A stretch of 64,000 bases of DNA. It comes from Dendrobates tinctorius (taxonomy: Eukaryota). Positions 42,528 to 55,300 of the stretch are shown here, piece by piece. Each line of letters starts with the position of its first letter. Within the stretch, counting starts at the first letter, position 1. Location of the stretch: NCBI RefSeq assembly GCF_039654945.1, contig NW_027361788.1, positions 24,118,001-24,182,000 on the forward strand, in the 5' to 3' direction. A program made the translations under genes and the position numbers. The notes under the pieces were generated by a model. That model did no database searches, was not told the DNA's origin, and worked only from the letters and a program-made list of their open reading frames with translations.

Positions 42528-42785
42528 CCCAGGGGGCAGAGTCCCCCCGGGGGGGGTGGGATCCAGGTGGGAGATTCCCCCCCTGGTTGGTGGGATCCAG
42601 GTGGGAGATTCCCCCCCGGGGGGGTGGGATCCAGGTGGGAGATTCCCCCCCGGGGGGGTGGGATCCAGGTGGGAGATTCCCCCCCGGGGGGGTGGGATCC
42701 AGGTGGGAGATTCCCCCCCGGGGGGGTGGGATCCAGGGGGCAGAGTCCCCCCAGGGTGGTGGGATCCAGGGGGCAGAGTCCCCCT
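42528..42785. repeat. 34-bp G/C-rich minisatellite containing kB-consensus sites, upstream of the first IKBKG coding exon
   Basis: Unit GGGATCCAGGTGGGAGATTCCCCCCCGGGGGGGT. Confidence 0.95.
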
Positions 42786-43372
42786 GAGCAGGGGCCTCCA
42801 TTTATAGCTTTGCATTTATTATGTGATGACTGGGCAAATCTAGTTCTCGTTTGCTAGTCCGGCACCTGATAATTCAGAAAGACTGGTGCACAAATGGTTA
42901 CCTCATTGTCCATCTCTTCAGGTTATATAGTCTATAAGAGCCCATTTACACAAGAAGATTTCTGCCCATAACGAGCACCAATCAATGATTTAACCAGCTA
43001 ATTGCCAATAACTTTAAATGTTGTTGTGATGGGTCGGAAATTGATGACTTGGAATGATTGATCATTTTATGATAAAGTTCTGCAACTTTCTACCAATCTG
43101 TGTGTGTCTATGTCTGTTTGCTGTCATTGAATGGAAACCTTTTCTTACCTCTACCCTGTAGAATACATATTCAGCCATTTCCTCACAATCGTCGTCTTCT
43201 TCTTCTTAATATCTGCAAGACGCCAAATAAATCCCCCCGTGACCTGCGCTGACTTCTGACCGATCTGTCTGGCTGCAGAGTGTCGTCTGTGAAGGAGTGG
43301 AGGGTGGCGTCTCGCCTCCTGACTTTATTCTCTCGTTCCCTCGCAGACTGGTGATCTGATTGTGCGCAGTGA

Positions 43373-46300
43373 ATGAGCGCCCCGGGGCAGACCGCCAGGA
43401 TGGTGCAGCCCAACGAAGGGGCCGGTAGCAGCTTCACCCCGCCGTGTACTGGAGGGTCGGGAGACATGTCCTTGGGGAAGGCTGAGATCGTCCCCCCTGA
43501 AATATGTAGTCACGAGGCCTTCCAGCGCTTGAGGGCTGAGAACCAGGATTTGCGAGGTGAGAACGCAGCCAACAGCAAAACGGCATCACACCGTGTGTCA
43601 CATTACCGTTTACCATGTACATTCCCATACTGGGATCTTTACTAGTCATAGTGTGCACATCCCGCCTGCTTAAAGGGATTTTCCATTACTATGATACTGT
43701 CATCCCTATCAGATCAGTAGTCGTCCGGCACCCACACACCCGCGGATCAAATATTACCAGCTCTAGTAGCTGCCGAATGGGGGGTCCAAGTCCTGAAAAA
43801 CCCCACCAACTACTTAAATCACCATGCAGGAGTGAGTGTGGGCTCAAAAGTCCATATACCTTGGTCTGTGAGCCCTATAGACTTACTGTTGAGCCCCTAC
43901 ACCGCACTGATCACTCCTGCAGGGGTCACTCAGTTTACGTATATTTTGAGCAATGGGGTTGTCCGGACCTGAACCCCCACAGACCAGTAGATTGGTGCAG
44001 CCTCTGTTACATATGATTTTTTTTTTTTTGTAAATGATAATACCCCTTTAATGTGCTTCTCTGTCCACATCTGCATCAATGTCTCCTTCAAAGACTCTGT
44101 CCAGTCAGAATGGCAGATTCCTCAGCATAACCTGATTGACCCCTCTGCAAGTTAGTGGGGTCCGTTCTGTGACTAACCTGGCAGAGCATTACAGTTTCTT
44201 TTCTGAAGAGAAGCAAATGTGAACACAGCCTTTGCTTCTTAGTATACAATCCCCTTATTTCCAACCAGTGCTTAGAGGGTCCCTGTACTTTTAGAAAACT
44301 TGATCTCATCTGATGGACAATGACATAAATAGACAATCTGCAAATCATTTCATTCAGAAATGTTGTTGTCTCCCTCCCCCTCCAAAAATCACTCCAAAGT
44401 GCCAGCCACATCCACTAGTTCTGCCTGTTGTCAAGTACAATCCAGCTTTAGTAGGGGGCGTCTTTGTCACTCAACAGGAAGTGGGGGCATGTCTCTGTCA
44501 TTCTGCAGGAAGTGTGGGCATGTCTCTGTCACTCTGCAGGAAGTGGGGGCATGTCTCTGTCACTCTGCAGGAAGTGGGGGCATGTCTCTGTCACTCTCTG
44601 GGAAGTGTGGGCATGTCTCTGTCACTCTCCGGGAAGTGGGAGCATGTCTCTGTCACTCCCTGGGAAGTGGGGGCATGTCTCTGTCACTCTCTGGGAAGTG
44701 GGGGCATGTCTCTGTCACTCTGCGGGAAGTGGGGGCATGTCTCTGTCACTCTGCGGGAAGTGGGGGCATGTCTCTGTCACTCTGCGGGAAGTGGGGGCAT
44801 GTCTCTGTCACTCTGCGGGAAGTGGGGGCATGTCTCTGCCACTCTCCGGGAAGTGGGGGCCTGTCTCTGCCACTCTCCGGGAAGTGGGGGCCAGTCTCTG
44901 CCACTCTCCGGGAAGTGGGGGCCAGTCTCTGCCACTCTCCGGGAAGTGGGGGCCAGTCTCTGCCACTCTCCGGGAAGTGGGGGCCAGTCTCTGCCACTCT
45001 CCGGGAAGTGGGGGCCAGTCTCTGCCACTCTCCGGGAAGTGGGGGCCAGTCTCTGCCACTCTCCGGGAAGTGGGGGCCAGTCTCTGCCACTCTCCGGGAA
45101 GTGGGGGCCAGTCTCTGCCACTCTCCGGGAAGTGGGGGGAATGTCTTTGTTTTTTTCTGATCTGTTTTCTGTCAAACTGTATACAGGCGTTAACAGAGAA
45201 CTGAACTTTTAGTTCTGGGCAGACAAGCAGTACAACGATAGTAGAAGCATTGCTTATTGGGAAGGGAACAAAAGAAAATTCCAGCACCTATAGTGCTGGC
45301 AGAATGCTGAATGCATGAGAACCCGGGACACTTCCTGGGCATACTAGACTTGTTTGTGCATCAAAAATTGTTAGAACTTTTTGTGGGTGACGGCAGTATG
45401 ACTGGTCTACTGCACATGTGTTAGGTGATGGGACCATTACGCTCCCGGTACACCCTACTCCCTATATCGCGCCCAGTGCAGGGTCTGAGACACATGCCAT
45501 TTCTTCTCGCCCCTCTGTGAACCCCCTTTGCCTTCCTCTCCCCCCAGTGGCTCTAGAGCAGAGTAACACCATGCTCAGGAAGAGACATGGCGAGATGCTG
45601 GAGTTTCAGGAGACACAGAGGAGAGAGCGGGAGTTCATCGCTTTCAAGTTCAGTGAAGCCAAGAGCCTGGTGCTGAGGTTATCGTCCGACCGCGACTCCC
45701 TACAATGTCAACTGGAGGAGGCGAGAAAACATTTATGTGAGGCGACTGCCACCCGAGAAGACGAGGCCATGGCCGAGGGACCCTCCAAGGTGACTGCCTG
45801 CTTCTTCCTGAACCTTCATGCTCCTTACACCCTTGGAAAAGCTGTCATGTAATACATAGCAGGGGCACTTCCCGGGCTGTGGGCTTCCTGTATAGTACTG
45901 CTCCGTGCCCGTTCTGTGCCCCCGCCAACACATGGGGTCCTGAGCTGCTCTCTTCCACACTCCTACATCCCAATTTGAGTTGTGTCTATGCACAGTAGTC
46001 AGAATAATGCATGTTCTCCATGTTTCATAGGTCAGTGTGATGTCTGGCTTTAGCTTTTTAATGCTCTGTTCACACTGGTGCTGTAGGCCTCCACTTATAC
46101 TGTGACAAGTCCAAGCAGCGACAGAGCCATCCTATAAGTTATGGAAACCCATAGTGCAAGTGTGGACGGAGCCTATAGGACCCCCATACACATTAATGTA
46201 AATTGTTGGTAGGATTGGACCCCTATCTATCGTGTATGGGGCGCTTCTTCCCTCAGTGTCTATGTCAAATTACAGTGCAGCAGTGACAATTACAGTAATT

Positions 46301-49300
46301 GACCGCTGCAGACAATCATGAAAAAAAAAAATTAAATTCCTATGCGGTGTGGGTGGTCTGTGTGTCCTATGCTGCTTCGCTCACCACTGGGTATAGTAAT
46401 GAAAGCACCTAAGGGATAAGTGACCCGGAATGCTTAATTACCTGTTGGGGGCGCTGCCGTATCCTCCGTGCTCTGTCGCTCTGTCCTCTGCCTCTCTCCT
46501 CGGCTCGGGCCCGGCCTGACTGCTGTGCTGTGTGTCATTAGGCTAACAGCCCTGGCAGTTCTATGTCCTCCTGTGAAACTCTGACCCAAAGTATGTGCGA
46601 AGCGCTGAGAGAGCCTGCGCGAAGTCACGCGGGGCCACCCCGAGCTGAGCAGGTGAGACCGCACGCCTGTCAGCACCCAGGTAATAGGAGCTGGCCACCC
46701 TGAAATACTTGCATTCCTATCAAAAAAGCTGCAGCCGATCAGTGAGTTGAGCAGAGGTGACGGCTCAAACCGCTCAGCTTTAGTAAATTGGAAGGCCCCT
46801 TTAAGTGAATGCAATGCGTGACATGGCCTATAGTCGGGTGGGGTGCTGTTTCTTAGGTTTCAGCCAGTTTTTTCCTAATCCTGTCATCCATGATTCTGTC
46901 TTGGGACCAGATGTTGACGCTGTTCAGTGTTCTTTTTTTTTTTTTTTTTGCATGGTGTTGTCTTCTTCTTTTTCCCTTATTGATGGATGTCTTTCTGCTG
47001 GATGATATCCTAAAGGAATTGCAGAGGTTAATGGAAGCAAACCTGACCCTGGAAAAGGAGAGGACTCGGATGATGAATTCGGCAGCTACAAATGGGGTCA
47101 GACTGCGGGTGAGGGAGACGTACTTGCGCTCGCCATCTTGATCCCTTCTGTGATCTAATGATTTGTGCCTTATTGTTGCAGGAGGAAACTGAAGTCCGTA
47201 GCGTGCAAACAGAAGTAGATTTCCTGCAGGGGGGTGGGGAAAGGTAGGGGACCGGCTTTGGGGGGGGGATTTACCCCTTCAGCGTCGCCTCCTCTTGTTC
47301 ACCACTCTCTATATCTGTTACTTATAGAAAAGCAAGAGCCGAGCAAGATCTCCAGGAGAAGCTGCGGGAGGCCGAGACACTGTGAGCGCCCTTAATGTAT
47401 ATTTGCAAGACAAAAGGAGCTGCTTTCTTGCAGAAACACTGCCACCCCTGTCAAGAGGTCGGTTATGGTATTGCATCCCAGAGTGCAATACTACACATTA
47501 CCCTTGTGCAAGAAAGCGGCTCCTTTGTTTTCTAATTCTCAGGTAGTCTTATGGTTTTGGCTCAGGGTGATGGGGATTGCCGCTGGGCAAGGGGCTAAGA
47601 TGCCAGGGGGTCTCTCCCACGTTTCCCCCCTAGTTTATATAACTTGCCACTTCTTGCTTTTCTGCAGGAATACTCAGCTGCAGGAGCAGATGAAAGAGCT
47701 GAAAGAGGAGGTGTCGCGTCTGACGCACCACCTGAGCGAGCAAGGGGAGGAAGCGCATCGAAAACTGCAGGTACAAAGACGTGTCCAACTTGTGATCATT
47801 GGAGAAATTAGCAGAAATATTGGCACCATGGTGTAGGCAGCACCAGGGCAGTGCCAATCTGTTTGCTCAGCTCTAATCTGTGTGTCTTAAAGAGGCTGTA
47901 TGGTATTAGAATAAAACTATACAGCACCACTCTTGTCCACTGGCAACTCGGCCTGTGAATGCATTACACGACTCAGTGGTGGCGCTGTTTCTTGGGAAGG
48001 TGGAACGCTGTCCTACCTGACATCAAGCCTGTCTCGGTACCATATGGATAGCTGGCATCTCCCCATAGGCAGAGATGGAGGCTTGGTGTACAGACCAGTC
48101 ACTCACAACCTGTATTCTGTATTGACAGCAGATGCAGGTTGTTACTAAAATTCTCTTTTACCTTCTAGTTACTGACGGAGGAGAAGATGTCAGTAAAAGC
48201 CCAGGTAACATCTCTTCTTGGGGAGCTACACGAGAGCCAAAGGAGTCTGGAGGTTTCTACACACCAGAAAAAAAAGGTGGAGGAAAGGTAAGGAACTAAT
48301 GGAGATGGATGAAGCGGTGGTCCTTAAAGGGGTTGCAGGGGGTACCTGCTAAAAGTCCCCAGCGCCTCTTCTGATTTGTAGGACTGACGTGGCCGCTGGA
48401 CCAGGGCTCTGCAAATTTATTTTCTCATTTCTAATGGTCAACTACTCCTCTTACTGTCCGATATGCTATGCTACATGGAACTTGCAGGGGAAATGTGCAA
48501 ACCCCTGGATGGCACTTGATTGCTCCTCAAGGATGTGCCGGTGCCAATCCGATGTTCTCTGGGAAGGCCCCCTTTAGGAAAGGTGTTCTTTTAGTGAGAG
48601 ATCCCCTTTACAGATCCTGGACGTAGCAGTCTGTGCACACTCGTATTGTAACCTCAGTCTCTGGTTTTGCAGCCTACAAAGCACACAAGAGCAGCAGCGG
48701 GAATGGGAGGCTCAGATGAAGCAGCAGGTCCTCCAGCTGGATCAGAACCGACTGCAGATGCAGAACCTGGAAGCAGCACTGAAGATAGAGAGAACGAACG
48801 CCAGAGAAGAGATGTAAGTCATCCAGTAATCATGGGGGGGATGCAGGATAAAATATCTGGGATCGAGCAAAAGTTTTAAAAGGAATCTGTCTCACCCCCC
48901 CCCGCGACATATGACCTATTAATATGGGCATACAGGTGATAGAAATGTTACACTAGACCTACCTGTATGCCTCATATCAATGGTCTTGCTGTTGAGAAAT
49001 CTTATATTCTTTCTTTATGCTAATGATTTATTCCAGGCTCTGGGACATTGTGTCTGGAAGAAATCCCTGCCTCCGCTTCTCATTATAATACTACCCACCT
49101 CAAATCAGCATCAGTTCTGGTGCAGGAATCTTGCTCCTGCGCCCTGCACGCTTTCCACAATACATACTTCTTCCTCCCTTCTATGGGCACTGCATTTAGG
49201 GCTCTTCCGCTCCAATGAGCTCCGGTGTGCGTGCCCATAAGGTGCTCTCCCCTCTTCCTCCCTGCATAGTCATTGCTATGTATACATGGTTCCTAGCGAT

Positions 49301-52300
49301 GACTGTTCAGGGAGGAAGTGGGGAGAGCATATTATCGGCATGCACACCAGAGGTCACAGTGACTCGCCTGCATAGAACATCCCGTAAGCAGGTGTGGGAA
49401 AGAATGCTGCACAGTAAGAAGCCTTTATATTAGGGGAGTTAATAGTTTTAGCAATTAACAAAAGGCAAAGTGAATGAATAAAAGAGAAATGGGAATCAGA
49501 ATTTGCATTGACCGCCATTTGTCTTTATCCGTTCCTTTTGATAAACTCGCACATGGATTTTGCAACAACTCGGTGGTTCCAAATATCCTAGAGAACTTAC
49601 CACAGATCTTTTGTAGATGCCTCAATACTTATCCATAGTGATGAGTGAGCGTGCTCAGATAAGGTGCTATCGGAGCATGCTTATGTGCTAACCGAGTGTC
49701 TTCGGCGTGCTCGAAAACTATGAGTCCACGTGGCTAACGCAAACTAAGAAAAATCCTTTGTTTTTGCACCCTGGGAACTTTAGACTTTGTTTTTTGTAAA
49801 ATTGCACGGCCATTTGTAATTAAAGAAAACCTGTCAGCAGGATTGTGTGCAGTAACCTACAGTGTCAGGTTGGCGCCATTATACTGATTACAATGATACC
49901 TGGTGATGAAATCCGTCTTGTGGTTGTTAGATAATCTTTATTGTCCGTTTTCAGTTAATGAGACTATAGTGCTCTGGGGTGGCCTGTGTGTGTGGGGGAG
50001 TCTTCATGTGGTGCTATGCTTACATATTCATCTGTATGGCTTCTGACAGGTCACTGATTCCTCACTGACCTGCCCCCTAGTTTACATACTGAATATTATA
50101 TGTACTGAAAAAAAATTACATTCAGCAGGCAGGAGGCGGCATTGGTGCTGCAGCATGATTGCATCTATAATATCCATTAAATTGTTTTATTTATTCAAAT
50201 ACTTATTCTGAAAAAAAAAAAAAAAAAACCCTCTTAAAATGCCTGCGCTGTAGCATCTATCGGATCGCTGATAGGTGCTACTGCGCAGGCTATCTTGCTA
50301 CAGAGAAAAAACATTCTCTACTAAGATAGGGTTGTCCTCCTACAGGCCACCCTAGAGCACGAGAGTCTCTAAAAGTACTGTCACACTTAGCGATGTACCA
50401 GTGATCCCGACCAGCGATATGACGCGGTCAGGATCGCTGGTGCATCGCTAAATGGTCGCTAGTGAGCTGCCACACAGGCAGATCTCACCAGCGACATCGC
50501 TGGGGACGGGGATCGCTACTTACCTGTCACACCAGGCGATCCTGACGTCCTCCCGCCCGGCTCCACGCTCGCCACTCCAGAGGAAGCTGACGACGAGAAG
50601 CAGTCCAGGACGTTCTCGCGCGATCAGCGATAACCAGCGGGGGAGCAGGTCGTAGGTATCACACACAGCGATATCGCTATAACGTCATAAGTTATAGCGA
50701 TATTGCTTGCGATATCGCTTAGTGTGACAGGCCCGTAACTCAAGACTGCAAATAAAGATTAAACAACAACCACAAGGCAGATTTCATCACCAGGTATCAT
50801 TGTAGTCAGTATAACAGCGCCGACCTGCCACTGTAGGTTACTGTGCACAATCCTGCTGACAGGTTCACGTTTAGCAGCACACGGACTGAGTGTCTGGCAG
50901 CTGCACTTTTGGACATGGCAGGAACAATCATAAGAACTCTTGGACCCAATATTTGGCTTATCGCTAACATGTTTACATGGAGTTCACTTGTCCCCAGTTA
51001 GCATTGATCCAGCGTAAAAGGGCCTTAAAATGAGCGCCGATCGACTCGCTGCATTCATAATTGGGCTCTTTATGCGCTGAAACCTGCTTGTGTAAATCTT
51101 CATTGATCTCTATCCCCAGTTTTGGATGTGAACCCATTTTTGAAGATATTTGGCACACATCAGATGTTATCAGCAAGACATAAATCATCCGTGTACCTGC
51201 TTTAGTATTTACTAGCTTTAGGGCTCTAAAAGGGTTGTATGAAATTAGAAACCACTGTTGCTGCCTTCTAGGAACAGCGCCACATTAGTCTACACATTGT
51301 GCCCGGTATTGTGGCATTTGTATGCATTACGCACGTATGATTTATAGGTCTCGACTGCGCCTCATAGCCACAGATGGGGAGCGGGAGCGCAATAAACAAT
51401 CAGTCAAAAAAAAAAAATGGGACACCTTGGAAACTGAACAAAAAAATGCAGGTTTCCATCAACTATAATTATATTCTTAAGTCGTATATGCAGTTATATA
51501 AATTATGGATCTTGTTTCAATTTTGTTTTTTAAATACCACTGAATTAAAGGGAAAGACCGGAATTAGAAAAACATGGCCACTGTCACACAAACCAATACT
51601 GTTGTTGGATGTGGAAGGGCAGATCAGCCCCATTCACTTTAATGGAACTGGGTTGCCTTACCAGAAGAAAGCTGCCATGTTTTATAGATTCCGGACCACC
51701 CCTTTAACGAGACCCTTTCTACATGTGACCGTCCTGTTGTTCCAGGGGATTGCGTTCCTTTTCTTCCGAGTGTGAAGGCTCCTGGCTGTCCTGCTGCTCT
51801 GCCTGCGTTACCCTCTTCTGCTGAGGAGTTTTTACAAGTTTTGCAATTTCTTCCTATTTTTTGAGCCACGTTGCTAAAGTTGTCGTTCTTTTAAATGCAC
51901 AAGGGGAAAAAAATCACCATATTCTGTACCATGGTGAAGGGTCCAATCACACATTCATCACTCTGGTTGCACACAGTAAGAAAAACATGGCTGCTCCCAC
52001 TCTCCACGAGAAAGTGCCACTGTTCCATTTACTTTAATGAAATCTAGCTGCATTACCAGACCCAGCCTGTAGCCAGATGTGGCACTGTTTGTGCAAAAAA
52101 AAAAAGCAGCTAATATTTCACCCCCTTAATAAAAAACATACACAATGGTGCTGAACACTGTATCACAAATGACTTATCACTTTATAGATTGTGTGCATTC
52201 TTAATTTTGTTATTTAGGGTCTTTGTTTTTTTGGGGGTTGGCTCATTACAGTACCCTAAGTGCTGCAATATGATCCCATTCACCTGCGAAGTAGCAGTGG

Positions 52301-55300
52301 CCCATCGCAATCTACGCTGCTGAAACATGAGCCGTGACCGCAGTGACCATCTCACCCTGTGCATATATTGGTTAGTGAAGTTTTTGCCAAAGTGCTACTA
52401 CAGGAACAGACTAAAATTAAAAAAAAAAGCAGCCATGTTCACAAGCACTGTGTAATACCATACTTCTCCTGTGGAGGAGCTGCATGGAAAGTGAACATCT
52501 TGCCAAACTGAATGTTATGTAGGGGAACATAAAACATCACAATTTCTCATCTCTAGGAGGAAGTTGGCCCAGCTCCAGTCCGCGTATCACAAAGTATTTC
52601 AAGAATATGACGCCCACATCAAGAAGAGCATCCATCATGAGAAAATGATAAAGGTGAGTACAAGCCGACCCATCGTGGTGTAGACTCCTTTGCTTGTAAC
52701 GTTTGGACTTATGTAACGTCTGTTGCGTTTTAGACCTTGCAAGGACAACTTCAAGAATTGATGCAGCAGCTGCAGGAGGCGGAAGAGGCGCTCGTGGCCA
52801 AGCAGGAACTTATTGATAAGCTGAAGGTCGAGACGGACGAGAAAAAAAGTCTGAAGGAGACAATATCTGTGCTGAAGGCCCAGGTCAGCCATCGCAGAGG
52901 GGCGACACTTAGCTGTGGTCTAAGCACTGGATACCAACTTTATTTTTTCTTATTTATCCCCCAACCCAGGCAGAAATATTTCGGTTGGACTTTCACACGG
53001 AACGTGAAGCCCGAGCGAGGCTTCATGCAGAGAAGCAGGAGCTGCAGGAACAGATGGATGAACTACTGCGAGAAAGGTGGAGGAATGAATCTGAGGGGGC
53101 CAGGTCCGTCTGGGACCCAGTTATAATTTGCCCTGGTATGGTGATTTCAGTCTGGTAACGCTGTCTGTTCTTTATAGGACTAGGATCGAAGAGATGAGGA
53201 ACAGACATTCTGATTTACGGCAAAGCATGGGTGGTGAGTACTAGCCTGTACTTCCACTTTTCATCCCTTTTTCCCTGGACAAAGTTTCGTTCTTCCCTCC
53301 CCATCTTAATAGAATCATAAAACTTATTGTTCCATCAATATATTTGTGTGAGGGCTTGGGTTTTTTTTCTCTCTGTGAAACTAGTGGTAGGTTTATTTTA
53401 TTACCACATATGGTTTGGAGGGGAAAAATGAAGCTTTTGGTTAATCACGTAAATTCTGTTTCGCGGATCCTTCATTGGGGGACACAGGAAATCATGGGTG
53501 AATGCTGCTGCCACTATGCAAAAAAAAAAAGTAGCGCCTCCTCTGCAGTGTACACCCCACCCACCAGTACTAGGTTAGGCTAGTTTCACACTAGTGTATG
53601 GAGGAGCTGCGGAGGGATGTGGACTTCCTCAGTGAAGCTCCACCAGCATGCGTACCCTATCTTTAGCATTAGGTACGCAGGCCGTGCTGATGTATGCGGT
53701 CGCCGCACCGTCAAAACAACGCAACACGTTGCGTTCAGCGCAGGTCACCGCACCGTCAAAACGACGCATGCGGAGGCATCCACATACATCGACACGACCT
53801 GCGTACCTAATACTAAAGATAGGATATGCAGGCCAACGGAGGAGGTGCGGCCGTGGGCGGAGCTTCACGGAAGTCTGCATCCCTCCGCAGCTCCTTTAAG
53901 GCTAGTTTCACACTAGCGTATAATCAGTTAGTGACAAAACAAAAACCAACTGAACCCAATACAACAGTAAACATGGGCGGGTGCTGTGTTTCCCAATGAA
54001 GACTTCGAGAAAAAGATTTTCTAGTGAGTAACCAAAATTTTAATTTCTCTCTCGCTTCATTGGGTGGACACAGGAAACCAAGGGATGTCCAAAAGCAGTC
54101 CCAAGGGTGGGAAAAGGAATACTACCCTTAAGTCAGAGCTCAGGCCACTGCGGCTTTCAAGACCTTTCTACCGAGGATCGCATCCGATGAAGCACGGATG
54201 TGTACCCTGTAGAATTTGGTAAATTTATGAATGGAAGACCATGTAGTAACTTTGCAGAGCTGTGAGGCTGATGCCTGGTGATGTACAGCCCAGAAGCCTC
54301 CACTGAGCGGGTGGAGTGTGCTGTGATACTCAGTGGGCGCGCTCTGCTTCTTAGTCGGTTGGCTTCCAGAATGGCAAAACGGACTTAGCGAGCAATGGTA
54401 GACCTGAAAGCAGGGAGACCCTTCCGTGGACCTTCTGGGATGATGAACAGAGAACCTGTGTGCCTGAAAGGCTGTCCTGGATATGTAAAAACAGAGTGCT
54501 CTTACCAAGTCCAGTTTGTTCAACAACCACTCTCAGGGTTGAGAGGGAGACAAACAAAAAAGAAGGGCGATGTCCTATTAAGATGAAAAGTGGAAACTAC
54601 CTTGGGACGAAAGGATGGAACCCAGACGTAGGACCATCTTGTCCTGGTGAAAAATATAAGAACAACAGGAGGGTGCTGTAAGCTCAGATACTCACCTAAT
54701 AGAAGTAATAGCAACCAGGAAGGCAACCTTCCAAGAAAGGAATGTGAAAGAGACCTCACGCAGTGGTTCAAAAGGAGTATCCTGTAATACGTTGAGCACT
54801 AAATTAAGATCCCAGGGGTCTACTGGAGGCCAGTAGGGAGTAATGGAGTGAGCAACTCCTTGAATGAATGTTTTGAGCTGTCGGCGAACTGCAAGATTCC
54901 TTTGAAAGATGTAAAGGGCAGATACGTGTCTTTTAAGAGAACTAAGGGAGTCTGGACTCCAGCTCCGACTGTAAAATGCACAAAATGGATGGGAGATGAA
55001 AACTCATTGGAATGATCAGATTAGTTTCGCACCAGTGAAAGAAATATTTCCTTATACGGAGGTAGATGCGATAGGATGAAGGCTTCCTTGCTTTAATCAT
55101 GGTCTGGACTACCTAATGAGAGAAACGAGCCAACTTTAGAACTGTGGCTGCAACAGCCATGCCGTTAAATTGAGAAACTTAGAATTCTGGTGGTAGCGGG
55201 ACCCCTGCCACAAAAGGTCTGGAAGATCTGGGAGTTTCCACGGAATGTCTCCAAGAAGATTGATTACTTCTGTGTACCAGGGTCTTTGGGGCCAGTCGAT

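Noticed and set aside
44313-45287. Long ORFs (up to 299 aa) on both strands
   Set aside because: Translations of the 31-bp minisatellite; the same peptides rotate through all frames.
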